A DNA stretch of 64,000 nucleotides from Haliotis rufescens (lineage: Eukaryota). How positions within the stretch are numbered: position 1 is the first letter of the stretch; the number at the start of each line of letters is the position of its first letter. Location: contig NW_025963835.1 of the NCBI RefSeq assembly GCF_023055435.1, positions 29,512,001 to 29,576,000 of the forward strand, given 5' to 3'. The notes beneath the pieces were generated by a model that worked only from the letters and a program-made list of their open reading frames with translations, was not told the DNA's origin and did no database searches. Position numbers and translations under genes: made by a program. Of this stretch, positions 1 through 11,290 are shown piece after piece.

Positions 1-183
1 GTTCGCCCCTGTTATGTTTAAAAGTTTGTCGGCACCATACCCCTGCTCGTGGGTTTCAGCAAAGTGGTAAACTTCTTAGACCTACATCACTTCGGGCTTT
101 CCTCCCACATGAAGCTGACACGCCGTGATATAACTGGAATACTGTTCAAAGCGGCGTTAAACCCAACTCACTCACTAACTCAC
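1..183 (+). mobile_element. SINE family A, 3' part (cut by window edge)
   Basis: Matches body and tail of the other A copies (...CATCACTTCGGGCTTTCCTCCCACA...GCGGCGTTAAACCCAACTCACTCACT). Confidence 0.85.
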
Positions 184-294
184 TGCTGATAAGCATGGGC
201 TATCAGTAAGAGGATCGGGTGGACTCTCTTGATCGTGTGTCATCCTACATCGACTGGAACTTAAGCTGTTTCAGTAACAGGTTTAATTACAAAT

Positions 295-530
295 CACCCG
301 AGCACTTCTGAGATAGATTTGGTGTCCAGACACATGCTGGAAGTTATAGGTGACTAAATGAAGCAGGGGGTCAGACTCGGTGACTTGGATGATTGCGTGT
401 CACCGTATCCTGACGGCGTGGGGCGATGCTCATCATATCAGTCACTGGTTGATCTGTCTCAAAATATTTCCAGGCTGTCGTGATATAGCTGGAATATTGA
501 TGACAGGCAAAACTACACACCAAACCAACT
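295..530 (+). mobile_element. Old, decayed family B copy
   Basis: GGTCAGACTCGGTGACTTGG...GATGCTCATC...ATATAGCTGGAATATTG. Confidence 0.6.
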
Positions 531-847
531 TATCACAAACATTGTTTATCTGAACCAGTGACCTTAACCGTGATATACCAATGCTTTCAGTAATTTCGTA
601 TGAACATTAACTACATTCTCAGGAAATATATCTTCCTCTCATTATTGCGTAAACTGTCTGTCAAATGTCCTCCATTTCAGTTTTGGTTTGAATAAAACTT
701 AAACTGAATAACGAATAAAAAATCGGGAATTTTAAGAACGTCTTAACCTCATGTGACATGTTATCAGCACTTGTTTTAAAAAAAAAAAAATGTATGTGCT
801 TCCTATTCAATTACCCATAAGGCCATATTTCAATTCTATACAAATCC

Positions 848-1118
848 GACCCGTGAAGATTCCGGGTTAGAATAGGTCTTCAGCAACCCATACTTGCCGT
901 AAAAGGCGACTATGCTTGTCATAAAAGGCGACTAACGGGATCGGGTGGTCAGGCTCGCTGACTTGGTTGATACATGCCATCGATCCCAATTGCGTGGACC
1001 GATGCTCATGATGTCAATTACTGGATTGTCTGGTCCAGACTCGATTATTTTACAGACCGCCGTCATATAGCTGGAATATTGCTGAGTGCGGCGTTAGACA
1101 ACAAACAAACAAACAAAC
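848..1118 (+). mobile_element. SINE-like family B, full length (non-tRNA structured head, (AAAC)n tail)
   Basis: GACCCGTGAAGATTCCGGGTTAG...GGCGACTAACGGGATCGGGTGGTCAGG...GCTGGAATATTGCTGAGTGCGGCGTT; TSD ATACAAATCC (838-847 / 1119-1128). Confidence 0.9.
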
Positions 1119-1485
1119 ATACAAATCCCACAGACTGTTACAAACAGAATAGAATAGAGTGGCATGACACCCACCCACGTTATAATCCCTACATGACTCG
1201 GGACTAATCAACCAGCAAACGCTATAAACAGACCAGAACGATGACAACAAACGCCTAATCATGAATAAATAAATAATTTTTGGTTGACGAAATGGTTCAA
1301 CGACACTGGTAACAGATGCAGCGTATGTCATGCATCATCATAACATGCTGTTGTTGTGTTGTTGACGCATGGACTTCTAAAGTTAATGAGGTTTTGTATT
1401 ATTGATAGGCACGTACACGTTGTGTGAAAACCATGGTTACACAAAGTTGGCTGTGAGGAAGGCCATGCTCATCTATACCCACGTT

Positions 1486-1572
1486 ATAATAATCATAATC
1501 ATAATCATAATCATAATAATGATGATGATGATGATAATTATAATATTAATAATGATAATAATGATAATAATT
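1486..1572. repeat. (ATA/ATC/ATG)n compound microsatellite
   Basis: Directly visible. Confidence 0.95.
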
Positions 1573-1664
1573 TATGCATTTGTATGGCGCAGCATTCACT
1601 GTGCATATGTGTTCTGTGCGCTACAATGAAACTTATAGTCAGTGGGAGTATTTTTATCATGAAA

Positions 1665-1777
1665 TGCGTGTTCGATTCCCCACATGGGTACGATGTGTAA
1701 AGCTCATTTCTGGTGTCCCCCGCCGTGTTATTGCTGGAATATTGCTAAATGCGGCGTAAAACCATACTCCCTCACTT
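1665..1777 (+). mobile_element. SINE family C, 5'-truncated
   Basis: GTTCGATTCCCCACATGGGTAC...CATTTCTGGTGTCCCCCGCCG...GCGGCGTAAAACCATACTC. Confidence 0.8.
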
Positions 1778-1818
1778 AGCTGTATTAACACGTCTTCAGA
1801 GGCTTGGATGTGATGGAT

Positions 1819-3925
1819 AGTCACTGTAACGACAGGTAGACACCGCGTACTTCGGAATCACTGTAACGACAGCTAGACACCGGGTACTGGGGTCACTGTA
1901 ACGAAAGACAAACGTCGGTTACTGGAGTCATGGTAACGACAGGTAGACACCGGGTACTTGGGAATCACTGTAACCACAGGTAGACATCGGGTACGTGAGT
2001 CACTTTAACGACAGGTAGACACCGGGTACTGAGGTCACTATAACGACGGGTAGAAACCGGGTACTGGGGAATCACTTTTACGACAGGTAGACACCGGGTA
2101 CTGGAGTCACTGTAACGACAGGTAGACACCGGGTACTTGAGTCTCTGTATCGACAGGTAGACACCGGGTACTGGAGTCACTGTAACGACAGGTAGACACC
2201 GAGGACTAGAGTCTCTGTAACGACAGGTACACACCGGGTACTTGAGTCTCTGTAACGACAGGTAGACATCGGGTACTGGGGTCTCTTTCACGACAGGTAG
2301 ACACCGGGTACTGGAGTCTCTGTAACGACAGGTAGACACCGGGTACTGGAGTCACTTTCACGACAGATAGACACCGGGTACTGGAGTCTCTGTAACGACA
2401 GGTAGACACCGGGTACTGGAGTCACTGTAACGACAGGTAGACACCGGGTACTGGAGTCACTGTAACGACAGGTAGACACCGGGTACTGGAGTCACTGTAA
2501 CGATAGGTAGACATCGGATACGAGAGTGTTACTGTAACGATAGACAGACGTCGGGTCCTGGAGTCACTATAACGACAGACATACGTCCGGGACTGGAGTC
2601 ATTGTAACGACAGGTAGACACCGGGTACTGGAGTCACTGTAACGACAGGTAGACACCGGGTACTGGAGTCACTGTAACGATAGGTAGACATCGGATACGA
2701 GAGTGTTACTGTAACGACAGACAGACGTCGGGTCCTGGAGTCACTATAACGACAGACATACGTCCGGGACTGGAGTCATTGTAACGACAGGTAGACACCG
2801 GGTACTGGAGTCACTGTAACGACAGGTAGACACCGGGTACTGGAGTCACTGTAACGACAGGTAGACATCGGATACGAGAGTGTTACTGTAACGACAGACA
2901 GACATCGGGTCCTGGAGTCACTATAACGACAGACATACGTCGGTGACTGGAGTCATTGTAACGACAGGTAGACACCGGGTACTGGAGTCACTGTAACGAC
3001 AGGTAGACACCGGGTACTGGAGTCACTGTAACGATAGGTAGACATCGAATACGAGAGTGTAACTGTAACGACAGACAGACGTCGGGTCCTGGAGTCACTA
3101 TAACGACAGACATACGTCGGGTACTAGAGTCATTATAGCGATAGGTACACACCGGGTACTGGAGTCTCTGTAACGACAGGTAGACATCGGGTACTGGAGT
3201 CACTGTAACGACAGGTAGACACCGGGCACTGGAGTCTCTGTAACGACAGGTAGACATCGGGTACTGGAGTCACTGTAGCGACAGGTAGACACCGGGTACT
3301 GGAGTCACTGTAACGACAGGTAGACACCGGGTACTGGAGTCTCTGTAACGACAGGTAGACACCGGGTACTGGAGTCTCTGTAACGACAGACAGACATCGG
3401 GTACTGCGGAGTCACTGTAACGACAGGTAGACACCGGGTACTGGAGTCTCTGTATCGACAGGTAGACACTGGGTACTGGAGTCACTGTAACGACAGGTAG
3501 ACACCGGGTACTGGAGTCTCTGTATCGACAGGTAGACACCGGGTACTGGAGTCACTGTAACGACAGGTAGACACCGGGTACTGGAGTCACTGTAACGACA
3601 GGTAGACATCGGGTACTTGAGTCTCTGTAACGACAGGTAGACATTGGGTACTGGAGTCACTGTAACGATAGGTAGACATTGGGTACTGGAGTCACTGTAA
3701 CGATAGGTAGACATCGAATACGAGAGTGTTACTGTACCGACAGACAGACGTCGGGTCCTGGAGTCACTATAACGACAGACATACGTCGGGTACTAGAGGC
3801 ACTGTAACAACAGACATACGTCGGGTACTAGAGGCACTGTAACGACAGACAGACATCGGGTACTGCGGAGTCACTGTAACGACAGGTAGACACCGGGTCC
3901 TGGAGTCACTGTAACGACAGACAGC
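1819..3925. repeat. Minisatellite, 35-bp unit GAGTCACTGTAACGACAGGTAGACACCGGGTACTG (~60 copies)
   Basis: Directly visible; includes a 177-bp higher-order period. Confidence 0.97.
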
Positions 3926-5037
3926 AGATTTCTTATGTCATATCGTGAATCCATTACGACGTTCACAGAGGGCGTTACACACTACAACACGTGTCAACAT
4001 CACACGTGGGGCGAGTATTTGAACAAAGAGAGGGGTTAGTAGGGGTAAGAGGCTCCCGTCTTGCTGAATAGAAGAGGTTCAAGGATCCCTCATATTCACG
4101 TGGGTTATTTTGTTGACACGTTTAACTGTAAAACACACATCATACCTACCCAGAGCCAGCGTGGAGGACACAGAAACACTTTCTGGGATGTGTAAATATG
4201 AACATTAGACTACACAGACACTTATGAATGTACAAATACTGATTCAGGAGAGCACCCATTGTTAGGTGATGTCTGTGTAAGTTTTTCGCTCGTCGCTGTT
4301 TAAATTCACAAAACAGGTTTTTGTCATTCACAGTAGATTCTTGGCGTTTTTAACATTATACGGATTATGAGAAAGGAATGCATCTACAAAATATGTATTT
4401 TTATACCTCCACTAAATCATACTGAGGTAACAAAATAGCCGTTTTAATATTTTAATATTCCAGACATATTAGACATATAACTGAAGATACTATTCGTACA
4501 CATGATGACTATTTACTGTGGCGTTATAAAGTTTTTGAAAACTTTTTGTCTAGTTGTCTACCGGAAAAAATAAATTATTTCATTATGAAATATATAATGT
4601 GAAGCCCGGACTAACACGCAGGGATGTTTCACCGCCTCTTGTGATTGCGATTTAAAAAATAGTACCGTGTTTGCAAAATGTTATACATTTATAAGCAAAA
4701 GTAACAAACAATATTTGAGGTCAGTAAGATTATTTATCATACATTTGGATATGATTATGTTTAAAAAAAATCTTGAAATCTACGAGACCACTATTGGAAG
4801 CTAAAATGAGAAATTTACGACAAGAAGCGATATTAACATACATGCACACATATACGTATACGCTATATCTATATGCTGAATGTATGATGTTGAATGTTCT
4901 CTTTGTGGTGCAGTGTTAGATTATTGTCTTGCATGCATCTTTCTATGGATCTGTAGATTAGACGTTGTGGCATTGAAAGGCCTTGAAAATAAAGATTGAG
5001 ACGTAAAACTGACACTTACACTTCTAATTCAAAGATA

Positions 5038-5512
5038 TGCATGCACTAATCTCATTAAAATCAGATCTTAGTTCTCGTTACCGCTAAACAAAGATCTGAG
5101 GACATCCCATTACGGGTCACGTCAGACCGACTTTGACCGACCATGGGAATGACCAATCAGGAGGAAGCTTTCCCGTGCTTTAAGGCACTAATTTCAAATT
5201 GACGACTACGCTTCGAAGCATAATTTGACAAATTCTCGATTACAAATTTGAAAGCTAAACATAAGAACACTCTGGAATCGCTAATAGATAGTCTAGATTG
5301 TATGGATTCAGTCGTTAAACCCGTAACCGTCGTTCGGAATACCCCGTGTTAAAGTTTTCGAAATTGCATGATTAGAAATCACACCCCGACTGTCACTTTC
5401 ATAATCTGGTAAGCGACGTCGTTCTGACGTGACCCCTTATGGGAAGTTCTCAGATCTTTATTTAGCGGTAGCGAAAACTATAAGGTCTGATTTTAATGAG
5501 ATTGTGCATGCA
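5038..5512. mobile_element. MITE-like element with ~95-bp terminal inverted repeats (TIRs)
   Basis: 5038-5131 is the imperfect reverse complement of 5418-5512 (AATCTCATTAAAATCAGA...GGGTCACGTCAGA); non-coding interior. Confidence 0.8.
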
Positions 5513-6207
5513 CAATGTCGGGGCTTTGATTAATACAATTGTGTCATCACACATCTTCATTGGACTCACTCACCTTTTCGTCATCACACGGGGTACATTT
5601 TGTCATCATATCTCCACGAACCACTCCCACCCTTCCCCTCCCACCCTTCGAAGGTCCTTGAGCCCTCGTTGGAGACCCTGTCCCTCTTGCAGATATGAAA
5701 CCACCCCACAGCGCCTGGAAATTAATGTGATCAGTGACACCCCGGGACAAGGGAGTAGGTAGTGCTGCCATGGCTATTGCAGTAACAGCTTCTGAATGAC
5801 AATCATTATTGACTGGAAATGTCATTCAAATGACAAAAACAAATTGATTTATATTCAGAGATGTGAAGAATCACATTAGCGCCAGATTAATGCCCCGTGT
5901 CGTATACATGCTTCAGAAATGCCATTGATGAACAGATTAATAAATTCCCTCGAGTTAACGCAAAGCCTTTCCGCGTTCATTTGTCACGTGATATCTAGTT
6001 CGATTTGTGTTCTTCATCTAACATAACCCGTGTCTAACAGGAACAGCCCCAAGTACCAGAAACCCTTTGGGGATTCCAGGTTTGGAGTGGTCCCACGGAA
6101 CCTGCACTGGTCATAAGAAGCGACCTTTGGGATCGGGTGGCTTCTCTGTCGATCAGAGTGTAGTGTAATCACTGTTATCTCTACTGGGGCGGGTAGCAGG
6201 GATGTGC

Positions 6208-6489
6208 TGTGAGTGAGTGAGTTGGGTTTAACGCCACTTTTAACAGTATTCCAGTTATATCACGGCGTGTCAGCTAAATGTGGGAGGAAAGTCCGAAGTG
6301 ATGCAGGTCTCAGACGTTTATCACTTCGGTGAAACCCACAAGCACGGGTATGGTGCTGACAAACCTAGAAACATAATCGGTGCGAACCAGGATTCGAATC
6401 CACAATCATAGGTTTCTGGCGTGGCCAAGGGACGCAACTCTGCACAGCGAATCGCGGCGCCTTAGACGACTGGGCCACCCGTGCCCCCC
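6208..6489 (-). mobile_element. SINE family A, full length (tRNA-derived head, (ACTC)n tail)
   Basis: A-box-like TGGCCCAGTCGTCTAAGGCG and B-box-like GATTCGAATCC on the - strand; TSD CAGGGATGTGC (6197-6207 / 6490-6500). Confidence 0.92.
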
Positions 6490-6649
6490 CAGGGATGTGC
6501 AGGGGGACTGCGGGTGATGTAGAGGTCCAGCACTACCCACTGACAGACTGATTTTGTGTCATGCATCATCAGCTGCATCAATTCACTGCGCATGGGATTT
6601 TGTCACAATACCAAACTTTCAACGGTAACTTAGTCTGATCACTACTTCA

Positions 6650-7715
6650 AAGCAGACCTGTGTGGATTCCGGGTTAGCATAGGTCCCCAGAAAACTGTGT
6701 TGGTCTCCCCGTGGGGATTCCGTGTTAGAATAAGTCCCCAGCAACCTGTGCTGGTCTGCCTGTGGGGATTCCATGTTAGAATAGGTCCCCAGCAACCTGT
6801 CCTGGTCTGCCGATGTTGATTCCGGGTTAGCATAGGTCCCCAGCAACCTGTGCTGGTCTGCCCGTGGGGATTCCGGGTTAACATAGGTCCTCAGCAACCT
6901 GTACTGGTCTGCCTGTGGGGATTCAGGGATATAAAAGGTCCCCAGCAACCTGTGCTGGTCTGCCGGTGGGGATTCAGGGATATAAAAGGTCCCCAGCAAC
7001 CTGTGCTGGTCTGCCTGTGGGGATTCAGGGATATAAAAGATCCCAAGCAACCTGTGCTGGTCTGCCTGTGGGGATTCAGGGATATAAAAGGTCCCCAGCA
7101 ACCTGTGCTGGTCTGCCAGTGGGGATTCCTGGTTAGAATAGGTCCCCAGCAACCTGTCCTGGTCTGCCGGTGGGGATTCCTGGTTAGAATAGGTCCCCAG
7201 CAACCTTTGCTGGACTGCCGGTGGGGATTCCTGGTTAGAATAGGTCCCCAGCAACCTGTCCTGGTCTGCCGGTGGGGATTCCTGGTTAGAATAGGTCCCC
7301 AGCAACCTGTGCTGGTCTGCCGGTGGGGATTCCTGGTTAGAATAGGTCCCCAGCAACCTGTGCTGGTCTGCCGGTGGGGATTCCTGGTTAGAATAGGTCC
7401 CCAGCAACCTGTGCTGGTCTGCCGGTGGGGATTCAGGGATATAAAAGGTCCCCAGCAACCTGTGCTGGTCTGCCTGTGGGGATTCAGGGATATAAAAGAT
7501 CCCAAGCAACCTGTGCTGGTCTGCCTGTGGGGATTCAGGGATATAAAAGGTCCCCAGCAACCTGTGCTGGTCTGCCAGTGGGGATTCCTGGTTAGAATAG
7601 GTCCCCAGCAACCTGTGCTGGTCTGCCGGTGGGGATTCCTGGTTAGAATAGGTCCCCAGCAACCTGTGCTGGTCTGCCGGTGGGGATTCCTGGTTAGAAT
7701 AGGTCCCCAGCAACA
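6650..7715. repeat. Minisatellite, 51-bp unit GTGGGGATTCCTGGTTAGAATAGGTCCCCAGCAACCTGTGCTGGTCTGCCG (~21 copies), derived from the family B head
   Basis: Directly visible; aligns to nt ~1-50 of family B. Confidence 0.97.
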
Positions 7716-7910
7716 TATAAGGATCAACATATAAGGAGAGGCGACTGTGTGCACTCGGTGGTCAGGCTCGGTCTCTTGATTGATTGCATGTCGTAGTACC
7801 CCGACGGTGAGTGACGTTACTCATTATATCAATCACCGACTTGGTCCAGATTCTAGTATTTACACGCCATAGACATATGGATGGAATATTGCTGAGGGCG
7901 GAACTAAATT
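7716..7910 (+). mobile_element. Family B body and tail directly following the 51-bp head-derived array
   Basis: GAGAGGCGACT...GGTGGTCAGGCTCGG...GGTCCAGATTC...TGGAATATTGCTGAGGGCGG. Confidence 0.75.
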
Positions 7911-8192
7911 AAAAAAGCACAAAGGCTTTACAGTAAAATCATTAAACAACTGCCGAGTACCGTTATGTCGAAATCTGGTGAGTTCTATTTCAAAATTCTC
8001 TTTCTGCACACGCCCCCTGTGTTAAAATTTTCGTTGTGTGATAAGCAGTGCTTGGAATGAGATCTCGATGACTACCTTTAGAACATACTTACTCACCCGC
8101 TGTGCAACACAGTTCTTATAACACATCTTAAAAAGTATTTTCAATAGTAAATACAATCAGTTCGAATTACACAAATTGTTTGTTAATATGAT

Positions 8193-8389
8193 AATAACGC
8201 CTCGCACAGCTATATTCCGGTGATATGACGGCAGTCTGTACATATTCGAGTCTGACCAGACAATCCGGTGATTGATATTATGAGCATCGATCCATGCAAT
8301 CAACAAAGTCACGATCCAATGAGTCACCTCTTACGACCTGCATAGGTTGCTATAGTAACCCTATCCTAAGCCGGAATCCCCACGGGACC
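8193..8389 (-). mobile_element. Diverged family B copy
   Basis: ACCAGACAATCCGGTGATTGAT...CTCTTACGAC...GGAATCCCCACGGG. Confidence 0.7.
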
Positions 8390-9339
8390 CAAGCTGAATC
8401 TACACGAACATTAGTTTCTTTTGGAAAGTAATGACTGGCCACATCTGGATGAAACGGTTCAGATCAAATATTTGACAAGCAACATTACCCTCTGATAGCG
8501 ATTAAACAATTCTTTACGCTTTATTTTAAAGCGATAATATGTTTTATCGAAAATTTCCCTTACTCAAACACGTTTTATTTCTGTGCGTATTATAACATTG
8601 TATCCGCGACTGTTGACATGGCGCAGATACATCCGGGAACGTTATTGTGTCGCTTCTGACTCCAATGGTTTAACACATTAATGTTCATGAAGCGTGGGTC
8701 TGGTGACAGACAGAGCTAATATCCATGTCCTGTCATCGTGGGCGCTCAAACGATCCTTTGTGGGTTGGTCAACAGTAGCAGGATATCGACGCTAGGATAA
8801 AATTACGATATAAAAGAATATTTTGCGTCAACAGATTTTGTTGAGAGAAAGTAAACTCGTGTTATATTGCAAGCTGTTGTAGTCCTCCGCAAGGCTGAAC
8901 ACTGGCTGTTGACTGAACATGCTTCAAAGCCCTGTGGTGCTGCGATAGAACTTGCAACTGCATTTGGTTAATGGCTGGATTATATTCATCCAAATGCATT
9001 ATTTATCAACGTATTTACGCCTTTACACCAAATTGATTTCTAATTTGAAACAGGATTTGGTACCATGTTACCGTGTTCAAATTGAATCGTCAGTAATATG
9101 TACATGCACTACTTCATTTCTTCCGCTTGCAGTCATGGTGTAACATCAAGTTTCGTGGTTATTATTGCCTCGGGAATTACCTGTGGTTATTATTAGCGGC
9201 ATATTGCCACTCGGACCACAATATGATCCCAGCGTTACAAGTCTCTGCTAAAGAATGCAGGTTACTTTCGTCATGGCGCTATGATTGCTTTGTGCATGAT
9301 GATCCGGCTGGCGTAATATTGTCCTCATATTTCCTATGT

Positions 9340-10890
9340 AGTTATTATTGCCATCATATTGCCAATTAGTTAGTATTACCATCATATTGCCAAGGTAGTG
9401 ATTATTGTCATCATCTTGCCCAAGTAGTGATGGTTGCCATCATATTGCCTATGTAGTTATAATTGCCATCATATTGCCCAAGTAGTGATGGTTGCCATCA
9501 CATTGCCCAAGTAGTGATGGTTGCCATCATATTGCCCAAGTAGTGATGGTTGCCATCATATTGCCCAAGTAGTGATGGCTGCCATCATATTGCCCAAGTA
9601 GTGATGGTTGCCATCATATTGCCCAAGTAGTGATGGTTGCCATCATATTGCCCAAGTAGTGATGGTTGCCATCATATTGCCCAAGTAGTGATGGTTGCCA
9701 TCATATTGCCCAAGGAGTGATGGCTGCCATCATATTGCCCAAGTTGTGATGGTTGCCATCATATTGCCCAAGTAGTGATGGTTGCCATCATATTGCCCCA
9801 GTAGTGATGGTTGCCATCATATTGCCCAAGTTGTGATGGTTGCCATCATATTGCCCAAGTTGTGATGGTTGCCATCATATTGCTCAAGTAGTGATGGTTG
9901 CCATCATATTGCCCAAGTAGTGATGGTTGCCATCATATTGCCAAAGTAGTTATTATTGCCATCTTATTACCCAAGTAGTTATGAATACCATCATATTGCC
10001 CAGGTAGTGATGGTTGCCATCATATTGCCCAAGTAGTGATGGTTGCCATCATATTGCCAAAGTAGTTATTATTGCCATCTTATTACCCAAGTAGTTATTG
10101 ATGTCATCATATTGCCCTGTTAGTTATAATTGCCATCATATTGCCAAAGAAGTGATTATTACCATCATATTGCCAAAGTAGTTATCTTTGCCATCTAATT
10201 ACTCAAGTAGTTATGAATATCATCATATTGCCCAAGTAGTGATGGTTGCCATCATATTGCCGAATTAGTTATTATTGCCATCATATTGCCCAAGTAGTGA
10301 TTATTGCCATCATATTGCCCAAGTAGTGATGGTTAACATCATATTGCCGAATTCGTTATTATTGCCACCATCATGCCCAAGTAGTGATTATTGCCATTTT
10401 ATTGCCGAATTAGTTATTATTGCCATCATATTGCCCGAATAGTGATTATTGCCATCATATTGCCAAAGAAGTGATTATTACCATCATATTGCCAAAGTAG
10501 TGATTATTGCCATCATATTGCCCAAGTAGTTATTATTGCCAGCATATTACCCTGTTAGTTATATTGCCAAAATATTGCCCAAGTAGTTATTATTTGCCAT
10601 CATATTGCCCTTGCAGTTATTATTGCCATGTTATTACTCAAGTAGTTATTATTGCCATTATCTTGCCCTGGTAGTGATTATTGCCATCATATCAACCCAG
10701 TGGTTTTATTCCTCTCGCGTTGCCCCAGTGGTTGGTGTTGTCATTATATTGCCTAAATGTTTAGTATTGCGCCAATAATTCCCCGGTTGTTATCATTGCC
10801 GTCCAGCTTCACAGTGTGGCTATTATTACCCTCATATTGTCCCTGGTGTTATTATTGCCTCGTACTTCTTCTGTTGGTCTATTATTGCCA
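9340..10890. repeat. Minisatellite, 29-bp unit CCATCATATTGCCCAAGTAGTGATGGTTG
   Basis: Homogeneous core ~9465-9945 with degenerate flanks. Confidence 0.95.
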
Positions 10891-11017
10891 GACCGTCTAG
10901 TGGTCTTGTGGAAGAGTGTCCGCCCGGAGAGCGGAAGGTCCGGCGTTTGATCCCCGGTCGCGTCGCTATATAAGTTCAATAATCTTGGACGCGGCGTTAA
11001 ACCCAATTTCACATCAC
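10891..11017 (+). mobile_element. Minimal tRNA-headed SINE (family D, ~127 bp)
   Basis: A/B-box-like head (TAGTGGTCTTGTGG...GTTTGATCCCCGGTC) followed almost directly by the GCGGCGTTAAACCCAA tail; TSD CTATTATTGCCA (10879-10890 / 11018-11029). Confidence 0.75.
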
Positions 11018-11290
11018 CTATTATTGCCATTAACTGACCGCGTTAGTTATTATCCCCTATATGTTCCCTATATATTGCTCATGTTTTGGAGTAGGATCCG
11101 CTGGTTAGTAATTATTTAGTTCCTAATTCGGTGGCAGTAGAAACGATTGGCTCGTCCTTTTTCCTTATCTGATTACGTTCTGCTCTTTTTAGTTGAAGCT
11201 ATGACCACAGCAAGGTTTGGATCAATGTCATGTCTTAGCTATGCCTCCGTACCTAACCTAGGTTATAGTTTGATCTGATCATGTATTGGA

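Noticed and set aside
848-945. Canonical HDV-like ribozyme in the family B head (because of the ...CGAC-TAA-CGGG ending)
   Set aside because: No P1 strand or 3-bp P3/L3 (UCC.CG) arrangement could be placed; kept only as an unclassified structured RNA.
6619-7754. Long ORFs of 287-365 aa on both strands
   Set aside because: Translations of the 51-bp (3n) SINE-derived tandem unit; open in several frames, with no domain or splice context.
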